This document shows, piece after piece, positions 54,659 to 64,000 of a stretch of 64,000 nucleotides of DNA. The notes under the pieces are model-generated. The model did not search any database. It saw only the letters and a list, made by a program, of their open reading frames with translations, and was not told the DNA's origin. The position numbers were made by a program, and so were the translations under genes. Where the stretch lies: the NCBI GenBank assembly GCA_964016885.1, contig OZ024766.1:14818001-14882000 (forward strand). The letters are read 5' to 3'. How positions within the stretch are numbered: position 1 is the stretch's first letter; every line of letters starts with the position of its first letter. The DNA is from Eledone cirrhosa (Eukaryota).

Positions 54659-55110
54659 TGGTGGCTGCCAACTCGTTTTCGAGTACGGCCACTACTTTAT
54701 ATCCATGTAGGAGAACCCCTACCGATGCGCTGAACGAGTGTGACTTTTTAGTCCAGCCAGCGACTTGAAAACTCTGGTACAAACACTACACTTGTGACAA
54801 TTACTGACACATAGTGCTGGGCCCATGGTACCATGTGACGACAAGTGCAGAGAGATCTCCAGATATAAAGCAATGCCTGTGCCGTGAAGCTTTTATAGTG
54901 AGCAAAGGCACTGCACAAAGCCAGTCCCACTCTCTTAACCAAGATGATATTTACCAAAAAGAAGAACAAGTCAACATCATTGGATACCATCAGGGTTGCA
55001 GGTGTTATATCAGAGTTTTCCTTCTCCTAGAATTCTGCCTTGACAAAGGCTAAGGGGTCATCTCTCCCGGTGATTTTGGATGGCCATTGACTCTTAAGAG
55101 CTCCTTTGCC
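54659..55110 (-). mobile_element. Bipartite non-autonomous RTE-like element (5'UTR plus 3' end) in a (TA)n tract
   Basis: 5' motif GGCAGAATTCTAGGAGAAGGAAAACTCTGA. The 3' part encodes CSVCTRVFKSLAGLKSHTRSAHR*, followed by the hairpin GTGGCCGTACTCGAAAACGAGTTGGCAGCCAC. Absent from the duplicate copy near 62.1 kb. Confidence 0.65.
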
Positions 55111-55148
<38 letters not shown>

Positions 55149-55167
55149 TTTATACATACCCAGGTGG

Positions 55168-55250
<83 letters not shown>

Positions 55251-56574
55251 GTCAGGTCACTATATATATATATACTTACATACATATCTAGAACAGTCAA
55301 CAGAACACACCCCAGCAAAATTCTCGGAAAAGATTCCACTTTCCCAGAATAAGTTTATATTTAAATATATATACATATGAATGTGTGTGTGTGTGTGTAG
55401 GATAATGTATGTGTGTGTGTGTGGGATAATGTATGTGTGAAAATGTGTGTGAATGTATATATGTATATATTAAGTTGTGTTTTTATATATATATATATAT
55501 ACACACACATACATTTATACATACCCAGGTGGCTCTATATATATATATCATCATCATCATCATCATCAGGTTTAGCGTCCGTGTTCCACGCTTGCATGGG
55601 TTTGGACGGGGGTTTTCCCACTTGAGGCAAGAGTGGTTGTCTTGCTCGCATAGGACTGTCTGGCGGGTTTTCTACAGTTGGATGCCCTTCCTAACACCAA
55701 CCACATTTACAGTGTGGGGCTGGGAGGTTTTTACCGTGTTGCCTGAACTCTGCATCATTCCTCTGGGAACAACCCCTTGTTCCACCCCCCACCCCACCCC
55801 CCGACACTTTTTTTTTTTTTTTTGTACATCCATCCATTCACTCATTCTTTTACTGCCATTCTACCTTCCTCCATGCAGCCCCTTTTCGCTCTCGTTTTCT
55901 GGCACCTCCACAACTTTACAGAGAAACGGTGGTATGGGTGGAAGGATGGTGTAGGGGTAGTGGATTTGGGTGTATATTTGGTTAAGAGGGGGCCTACTGA
56001 TAGTAGGCTAACTTTGTACATAGGCAAGGCGTGTCTTCTGTATTACTATGTGGCCCCAAAGATCTCCGTCCAGTGACATTGTCTTAGAGAGGTGTAAGTG
56101 TGTAAGGTCGGAATTTATCAAATCATCCCAGGTTTTTCTGTCTGACTACTCTGTAACTTCCATCAATTTTGATCACCTCTCTTAGTCTGTCTTTTTAGAT
56201 AGATACATTATGAGAACATTGACTTCGCTACCTGTGTGTGTATATATATATGTATAAATATATATAGTGTGTATGTATATATATATATATATATATATAG
56301 TGTGTATGTATATATATATATAGTGTGTATGTGTGTATATATATATTTATATATATATAGTGTTAGTATCATAAATAAGAGAGTTTAATTTCTACATTTT
56401 ATTACAGCATTCCTTTATACAGACATATATACGTATATATACATACATAAACATGTTATTTACAGTTGTATAAAAAAGAATTATAATTGTTTCTACTTTT
56501 GGCACAAGGCCAGCAATTATGCCAGTATATTACTGGTACTTTATTATATATATTATGACATTCCTCTCTTTAGA

Positions 56575-56915
56575 TAGATACATAGCTATAGCGCCGCACC
56601 CCGGGTATGACAGAACTCATGGCTTAGCAATTACATAGACAACGGTTCGGAAATCACATGCATCACTGACCAGTTTACTCCTTAATCTACCAGTTAGTCT
56701 TAGTGTACTTTGTCCTGCATTTAGGTGATGACCTTGAAGGAAGAGATTCTCCATTGACCGAAATACTACGAAAGCGGCAAGAAAAAGAACATGGCGGGCA
56801 AACGAATCGTCAGTGGAATCTGCAAGGCCGAGGTATTCTGTACTGTTTCAGAAAGGAGGGATAAAGCTGCCAATCTATGTTTAGAATCCCGAGTAACGCC
56901 GGTCCATTCTGCTAG
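56575..56915 (+). mobile_element. Helitron 3' end fragment
   Basis: Hairpin CCGAGTAACGCCGG followed by CTAG|T. Confidence 0.55.
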
Positions 56916-56980
56916 TATATATATATAAATATATATTTATATATCATCATCATTTAACGTCCATCTTCCACACTAGCATG

Positions 56981-57026
<46 letters not shown>

Positions 57027-57196
57027 TCATTTAACATCCATCTTCCACACTAGCATGGAATATATATATGTATATATATATATATCATCATTTAACGTCC
57101 ATCTGCCACGCTAGCATGGAATATATATATATATATATATAAATATATATTTATATATCATCATCATTTAACGTCCATCTTCCACGCTAGCATGGA

Positions 57197-57232
<36 letters not shown>

Positions 57233-57270
57233 CATCATCATTTAACGTCCATCTGCCACGCTAGCATGGA

Positions 57271-57306
<36 letters not shown>

Positions 57307-57342
57307 CATCATCATTTAACGTCCATCTTCCACGCTAGCATG

Positions 57343-57376
<34 letters not shown>

Positions 57377-57407
57377 TCATTTAACATCCATCTTCCACGC
57401 TAGCATG

Positions 57408-57473
<66 letters not shown>

Positions 57474-57579
57474 TCATTTAACATCCATCTTCCACGCTAG
57501 CATGGAATATATATATATATATATATATATATCATCATTTAACATCCATCTTCCACGCTAGCATGGAATATATATATAA

Positions 57580-60046
57580 ATAATAATAATAATAATGAAA
57601 TTATTGTGTAAAGTGCTCAGGTGCACTACAACTCGTCAATATAGTACATAGAATAATACACAAATGCCAGGGAAGTACATGTTTGTATGTGTTAGCTGTA
57701 GTGTTGGCGGATCTCGGGAAGCATGGAGGCCTTAAAGGATGCAGCGTCTCGACAGCTAACAACTGATGCAGGTAGTTTGTTCCATGCTTCAGCAACTCTG
57801 AGCGTGAAAAAATGTTTCCGAAAGTCATGGGAACTGTGCTGTTTTCTTACTTTGTGGGCATGTCCACGTGTGTTAGACACATGGAAATCGAAAAGGCACT
57901 CAGGGTTGTTGTTGGCAACATGGTTAACAATTTTGTGGGTGTTTACCAAGTCAGTTGCCAGGCGTCGGAGCTTCAATGAATCCATGCCCAGGGAAGCAAG
58001 GCGATCAGAGTATGGTAGATGCCTGATGGAGGGTATTCGCTTGGTTGCACGTCTCTGAACAGTTTCCAGGCGGTCAATGTCCTGAGCAAGATAGGGGTTC
58101 CAGACTGGTGATGCAAATTCTAAGTGTGGTCGCACCATAGCTGTATACAGCCTTAAATAGATATCTGGAGAGCGGCTGACAAAGGTCTTGCTGAGTGATG
58201 CTAAGACACCCTCGGCCCTCTTGACAATTTTAGAGACGTGCCTCGTCCAACGCAAATCGCTGCTGACCGTAATGCCCAGGTCACGTTCACAGGAAGACTT
58301 CTTGATATTAGTGCTGTGGAGGGAATATGTGGACGCTGGGTTTTTACTCCCAAAATGCATGGTGGTGCACTTGTCCACAGCTAGCTTGAGTTGCCAGTCT
58401 GAGATCCATTGTTGCATTGTGTCCAGGTCAGACTGCAAGCAAGATCTATAGTGTTCAGGATCTGTCCTTTTTATCTCAAGGTACAGCTTGATGTCGTCTG
58501 CGTACTTTAGTACTGTGGCATTCCTTAAGTTGGCATCTATGTCATTAATATATGCCACAAACAAAAGGGGGCCAAGAACAGATCCCTGAGGTACACCAGA
58601 TGACATCTCATATGGTGAGGAATGCTGTCCCAGAACCGTGACTACCTCTCTTCGACTGAGAATGAAGGACTTCAACCAGTTAAAAAGATCATCCTTCACA
58701 CCCATTGCAGAGAGTTTTGCCATAAGCCTTTTGTGCGGCACAGAATTGAAGGCCTTCGCAAAGTCAAGGTAAACAACATCCACCCATGAGCCGCCATCAG
58801 TGATCCGGGTGATGTCCTCAAGAAACTCTATAAGTTGATCACAGCAGCTGGAGTTGGGGATAAATCCAAATTGCGAAGGCCGGATAAGACTGTGAGAGCT
58901 CCAGAAGTTCCAAAGTGTTTCTCTGACACAGGATTCCATCAGTTTGGCGATGCAACTAGTAAGACTGACTGGACGATAGTTCACAGGTGATGTGCGGTCA
59001 CCCTTTTTGAACAGAGGAATTACACTGGCAGTTTTCCACTGTTCTGGAGTAGCACTGTTGTTCAGACAGAATTGGAAGAAGCGTGATAACTGGCGTAGAA
59101 GGAAGTACCCACCACGTTTAAGAAGCAGGTACGTAACACCATCAAGACCAGGAGAGGCATGGTTGCGTTTATTTTTTAGGTGACGTCGCAGCATTGCAGG
59201 TGTAAATTCCATTGTTGTAATAGAGTCCGGTGTCATAGGTGGTGGAGATGGTACACTCTGGTCTTCAATGGTGAAAATGCCTGCATAGCATTCAGCAATG
59301 AGCTCTGCGCATTCCTTGGGGTCGTCAGTAACCTGGCTTGTGTGGGGATTGCGAAGAGGACCAACTGGAGAGTGAGGCCTCTGCTTTGAGTGAACATACT
59401 TCCAGAACACCTTACTGTCAGGGCTGGTTGCTATGCGCTGCTCAAATTGAAGCACTGCCTTTTTTGTCACCTGTTTGAGGTGGTTGGACGATCTATTTCG
59501 CCTCTTCCTATTAATGTCTGATTTGTGAAGTTTGTACTCACGTTCAGCATTGCGCCGTTCTTTTCTGGCAAGACGGACTGCTGCAGTCTCCCAAATTGCG
59601 CTTTTAGGATGTTTTTTCCGCTTACGTGGCACCGATGCTGCACATGCTGTCCATATTGAGCTCAGGATGTTCTGGAGTACAGTGTTGACATCTCCAGAGT
59701 CATAGAACTCAAGCCAGTTTGGCCGTTGCAACTCGGTGCAGTAACAGTTCCAGTCTGCTCTATTCCAGTCAAAGTGAGCAGTTTGGAGATGGTTGTGGTT
59801 CTTGTTACTGCCCATGAGGGATAGATTGGCAATGATCATAGCATGATCAGAGTCACCTAAAGGTTCCTCAGCAGTAACACTAATGACCGTTTCAGGAGTA
59901 GTGGTGAAGAGTAGGTCCAAAGTGTTGTCACCTCTCGTTGGGGAGGTGACCACCTGGGACCAACTCGAGTCCAGCACCAGCTCAAGGAAGTCATTTGCAC
60001 TTGGCGGCCAACGAAAGGTCTCCCAGTCAATCCCAGTCAATCTCAT
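57580..60046 (-). mobile_element. CR1-clade LINE, 5'-truncated, with (TAT)n tail
   Basis: Uninterrupted ORF from the late APE domain through RT, followed by a 3' UTR and trinucleotide tail. Possible low-complexity TSD ATATATATATAAATA at 57568-57582 and 60052-60066. Confidence 0.9.
57692..60046 (-). CDS. CR1 ORF2, partial endonuclease plus reverse transcriptase
   Basis: PTRGDNTLDLLFT, SDH, NYRPVSLTS, YLDFAKAF, GVPQGSVLGPLLF, YADD, RPHLEFASPVWNP and FFTLRVAEAWNKLP. Confidence 0.92.
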   Translation of the reverse strand: MRLTGIDWETFRWPPSANDFLELVLDSSWSQVVTSPTRGDNTLDLLFTTTPETVISVTAEEPLGDSDHAMIIANLSLMGSNKNHNHLQTAHFDWNRADWNCYCTELQRPNWLEFYDSGDVNTVLQNILSSIWTACAASVPRKRKKHPKSAIWETAAVRLARKERRNAEREYKLHKSDINRKRRNRSSNHLKQVTKKAVLQFEQRIATSPDSKVFWKYVHSKQRPHSPVGPLRNPHTSQVTDDPKECAELIAECYAGIFTIEDQSVPSPPPMTPDSITTMEFTPAMLRRHLKNKRNHASPGLDGVTYLLLKRGGYFLLRQLSRFFQFCLNNSATPEQWKTASVIPLFKKGDRTSPVNYRPVSLTSCIAKLMESCVRETLWNFWSSHSLIRPSQFGFIPNSSCCDQLIEFLEDITRITDGGSWVDVVYLDFAKAFNSVPHKRLMAKLSAMGVKDDLFNWLKSFILSRREVVTVLGQHSSPYEMSSGVPQGSVLGPLLFVAYINDIDANLRNATVLKYADDIKLYLEIKRTDPEHYRSCLQSDLDTMQQWISDWQLKLAVDKCTTMHFGSKNPASTYSLHSTNIKKSSCERDLGITVSSDLRWTRHVSKIVKRAEGVLASLSKTFVSRSPDIYLRLYTAMVRPHLEFASPVWNPYLAQDIDRLETVQRRATKRIPSIRHLPYSDRLASLGMDSLKLRRLATDLVNTHKIVNHVANNNPECLFDFHVSNTRGHAHKVRKQHSSHDFRKHFFTLRVAEAWNKLPASVVSCRDAASFKASMLPEIRQHYS

Positions 60047-60115
60047 GATATATATATATATAAATATATATTTATATATCATCATCATTTAACGTCCATC
60101 TGCCACGCTAGCATG

Positions 60116-60167
<52 letters not shown>

Positions 60168-60295
60168 TCATTTAACATCCATCTTCCACGCTAGCATGGA
60201 ATATATATATATATATATATATATATCATCATTTAACGTCCATCTTCCATGCTAGCATGGAATATATATATATATATATAATAAAACTGATCTGT

Positions 60296-60358
60296 ATTTT
60301 GTCTGATGAAAGCACACCATAATTTAACGTGGTGTCCTTGAAATATGTATAATAAAAT
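60296..60358 (+). ncRNA. Minimal type I hammerhead
   Basis: ATTTTGT-CTGATGA-AAG c ACACCA..TGGTGT c CTT-GAAA-TATGTA-TA-ATAAAAT, with AUA cleavage after 60351. Confidence 0.72.
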
Positions 60359-60501
60359 AAATATGGTTTTATAAATATAGTTTCCATTTGTTAATATCGT
60401 ATGTTTACTGCAAGTACTTGTTGAGTGCTTTATATCAGTTATAAAAATATTTGCTTGTTGTATCCCAACAATTTAAATAGAATATAGCATATATATATAT
60501 A

Positions 60502-60555
<54 letters not shown>

Positions 60556-60594
60556 CATCAACATCATTTAACGTCCATCTACCACACTAACATG

Positions 60595-60632
<38 letters not shown>

Positions 60633-60666
60633 TCAGTTAACGTCCATCTACCACACTAACATGGAG

Positions 60667-60701
<35 letters not shown>

Positions 60702-61292
60702 TATATATAAATGAAAAGTATAGAAATTGTTGTAGCGAGAAGCTAACAGTATTCCATAACATATATGCGACTATAGAGTGAAAATGGGAAAATAGTTAAC
60801 GTAAGATGTGGGGAAAATTATTCAGACTCAATTCAAAGGAATCAGGATATAGATTTATCCAACAGAATTTAGAGAAATCCAGGGAAAAATCAATAGAGCC
60901 TTAACTCATGATAAAACAAACATTATATATATATATACACATTATATATATATATATATATAATATATTTATATATAAATATATACATTTAAATATATAT
61001 ACATTTCTTATAATAATTATATATACATTGTCAAAGATATATACGGCTACACAAAACAATAAAATAAAATTGACATCTTACCTGACAATTCTGACAATTC
61101 TGTTAAGTCTATGTTGGATATATATATGTTTATAGCAGTACACGCCCATATTTCTGTTACACATTAATCATTATTACATACATCTATATGACAAGTAGGG
61201 AGTGCTGAGAGATTATGTGTGTGTTTGTGTGAGTGTTTATATGTGTTAATATATGTGTGACGGTGTGTATACATGTGTATGTGAGTTTGTGC

Positions 61293-61339
<47 letters not shown>

Positions 61340-61517
61340 GAATAATGATTCCCAGAATGCAACACTGTTATTGAAATACTTGTTGAAATATTTGTTGATG
61401 AAGTGGTTAGACAGGATGTGAATGTATGTGTGTGTATAGGATAATGTATGTGTGTGTGTGTGGGATAATGTATGTGTGAAAATGTGTGTGAATGTATATA
61501 TATATATATTAAGGTGT

Positions 61518-61577
<60 letters not shown>

Positions 61578-61595
61578 ATTTATACATACCCAGGT

Positions 61596-61652
<57 letters not shown>

Positions 61653-61896
61653 CATACATACAGTCAGGTCACTATATATATATATACTTACATACATATC
61701 TAGAAGTCAACAGAACACACCCCAGCAAAATTCTCGGAAAAGATTCCACTTTCCCAGAATAAGTTTATATTTAAATATATATACATATGAATGTGTGTGT
61801 GTGTGTGTGTGTAGGATAGTGTATGTGTGTGTGTGTGGGATAATGTATGTGTGAAAATGTGTGTGAATGTATATATATATATATATATTAAGGTGT

Positions 61897-61944
<48 letters not shown>

Positions 61945-62148
61945 GCACACACACAGAATAATGATTCCCAGAATGCAACACTGTTATTGAAATATTTGAC
62001 GAAGGGAGTGGTTAGACAGGATGTGAATGTATGTGTGTGTGTAGGATAATGTATGTGTGTGTGTGTATGTGGGATAACGTATGTGTGAAAATGTGTGTGA
62101 ATGTATATATATATATATTAAGACATACATTTATACATACCCAGGTGG

Positions 62149-62191
<43 letters not shown>

Positions 62192-62861
62192 CACATAGTC
62201 AGGTCACTATATATATATATACTTACATACATATCTAGAACAGTCAACAGAACACACCCCAGCAAAATTCTCGGAAAAGATTCCACTTTCCCAGAATAAG
62301 TTTATATTTAAATATATATACATATGAATGTGTGTGTGTGTGTGTAGGATAATGTATGTGTGTGTGTGTGGGATAATGTATGTGTGAAAATGTGTGTGAA
62401 TGTATATATGTATATATTAAGTTGTGTTTTTATATATATATATATATATATACACACACATACATTTATACATACCCAGGTGGCTCTATATATATATATC
62501 ATCATCATCATCATCATCAGGTTTAGCGTCCGTGTTCCACGCTTGCATGGGTTTGGACGGGGGTTTTCCCACTTGAGGCAAGAGTGGTTGTCTTGCTCGC
62601 ATAGGACTGTCTGGCGGGTTTTCTACAGTTGGATGCCCTTCCTAACACCAACCACATTTACAGTGTGGGGCTGGGAGGTTTTTACCGTGTTGCCTGAACT
62701 CTGCATCATTCCTCTGGGAACAACCCCTTGTTCCACCCCCCACTCCACCCCCCGACACTTTTTTTTTTTTTTTTGTACATCCATCCATTCACTCATTCTT
62801 TTACTGCCATTCTACCTTCCTCCATGCAGCCCCTTTTCGCTCTCGTTTTCTGGCACCTCCA

Positions 62862-63500
62862 TATATATATAGGTGAGACGCCAGCCACCCACCCCTGATG
62901 CCGCTCGGTGGCCCAGTCCCCGGCCCCAACACCTACCCCTCCATATCGACATCTGCAGCACTTGCGGCACCACAAACAAACGGAAGAGAGGCCTGAACTG
63001 TTTGGGGTGCGGCTGCTTCCACCACCTCACTGCGTTGGTTTGACAGCGTGGAGGTGCAGGAGCTGCCTCTTCCCCAATTCTTCCCAGCCACGGCCGTCTG
63101 GCACACCACCAGATGGGACAGCTTGCCTGACGCCCGAGCCTCACTGGTCAACATCGCTGGGCTCAGGCGGCTCCGGAAGATCCCACTTAGGATCCTGAGA
63201 GCGGCAAAGGTGCCGGTAGCCGATGCCCTCGCTTCGTCGATTGAGAGCGCCCTGGACTCCAATCGAGCCAGTGACTGGGAGCGGCTGTTCTATTCCGCCC
63301 CACTCGCCCTCGGCCTCCCGAGCTCTGGCGCTGACCAGGGCGGCCGGTCAACGGCAGCCTTCATCAAGGCCAATATCTCGTCATTTGGGCGAGCGCCCAT
63401 TCCAAGCGTGCCCACGGACGCCACACACCCCACCCTCAGGTACCCCCTATCCTCCACCTAGGTGACTCATTAGTTTGGACAGGATGTTCTGGTACCAACA
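62862..63500 (+). mobile_element. GC-rich fragment of a probable CRE-clade non-LTR retrotransposon, with a PHD finger
   Basis: Present only in the second duplicate copy. Frameshifted PHD CSTC..CLGC..H..C..WRCRSC, then RILRAAKVPVADAL..DWERLF..L, resembling CRE N-terminal regions (from recall). Confidence 0.55.
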
Positions 63501-64000
63501 CAACTTTACAGAGAAACGGTGGTATGGGTGGAAGGATGGTGTAGGGGTAGTGGATTTGGGTGTATATTTGGTTAAGAGGGGGCCTACTGATAGTAGGCTA
63601 ACTTTGTACATAGGCAAGGCGTGTCTTCTGTATTACTATGTGGCCCCAAAGATCTCCGTCCAGTGACATTGTCTTAGAGAGGTGTAAGTGTGTAAGGTCG
63701 GAATTTATCAAATCATCCCAGGTTTTTCTGTCTGACTACTCTGTAACTTCCATCAATTTTGATCACCTCTCTTAGTCTGTCTTTTTAGATAGATACATTA
63801 TGAGAACATTGACTTCGCTACCTGTGTGTGTATATATATATGTATAAATATATATAGTGTGTATGTATATATATATATATATATATATAGTGTGTATGTA
63901 TATATATATATAGTGTGTATGTGTGTATATATATATTTATATATATATAGTGTTAGTATCATAAATAAGAGAGTTTAATTTCTACATTTTATTACAGCAT

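Larger units (their letters stand above)
56940..60665 (-). repeat. Tandem array of RTE 3'-terminal ~35-mers alternating with (TA)n, split by the CR1 insertion
   Basis: ATCATCATTTAACGTCCATCTTCCACGCTAGCATGGA repeats at 56945-57567, 60078-60261 and 60555-60665. Confidence 0.9.
53250..64000 (+). repeat. Local segmental duplication: ~53250-56410 duplicated at ~61100-64000 (runs off the window)
   Basis: 55911-56410 is essentially identical to 63501-64000 (offset 7590). The upstream composite units are also shared. Confidence 0.92.

Noticed and set aside
54990-55110. HDV-like ribozyme
   Set aside because: A P1-like stem is present, but P3, P1.1 and J4/2 could not be assigned convincingly.
56940-57570. 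CRISPR-like alternation of a ~35-bp repeat and spacers
   Set aside because: The spacers are (TA)n, the repeat is an RTE 3' end, the DNA is eukaryotic and there are no cas genes.

Overview
Eukaryotic, AT-rich, microsatellite-saturated DNA. The SINE families, RTE/CR1/Penelope/Helitron content and a C2H2-ZNF remnant suggest an octopus-like cephalopod (inference only). Most long ORFs in the track are simple-repeat artefacts. I reconstructed one host gene by hand on the minus strand: six coding exons (29169-29084, 27775-27628, 22962-22616, 17567-17371, 13669-13598, 11299-11094) with all GT-AG junctions in phase, 1056 nt, 351 aa. It encodes 5 ankyrin repeats, a RING-like Cys-rich segment remodelled by a 36-bp tandem triplication, and a C-terminal Death domain. 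Other elements are an internally deleted Helitron in one intron, a young 5'-truncated CR1 LINE, many RTE fragments, MITEs (Tc1/mariner, piggyBac, hAT), minisatellites and a ~3 kb local duplication whose copies carry different insertions. The most striking non-coding signal is a set of type I hammerhead ribozyme motifs from about five families, most likely Penelope-associated. They include a perfect palindrome encoding a hammerhead on both strands and a U3-A8 compensatory-core variant.
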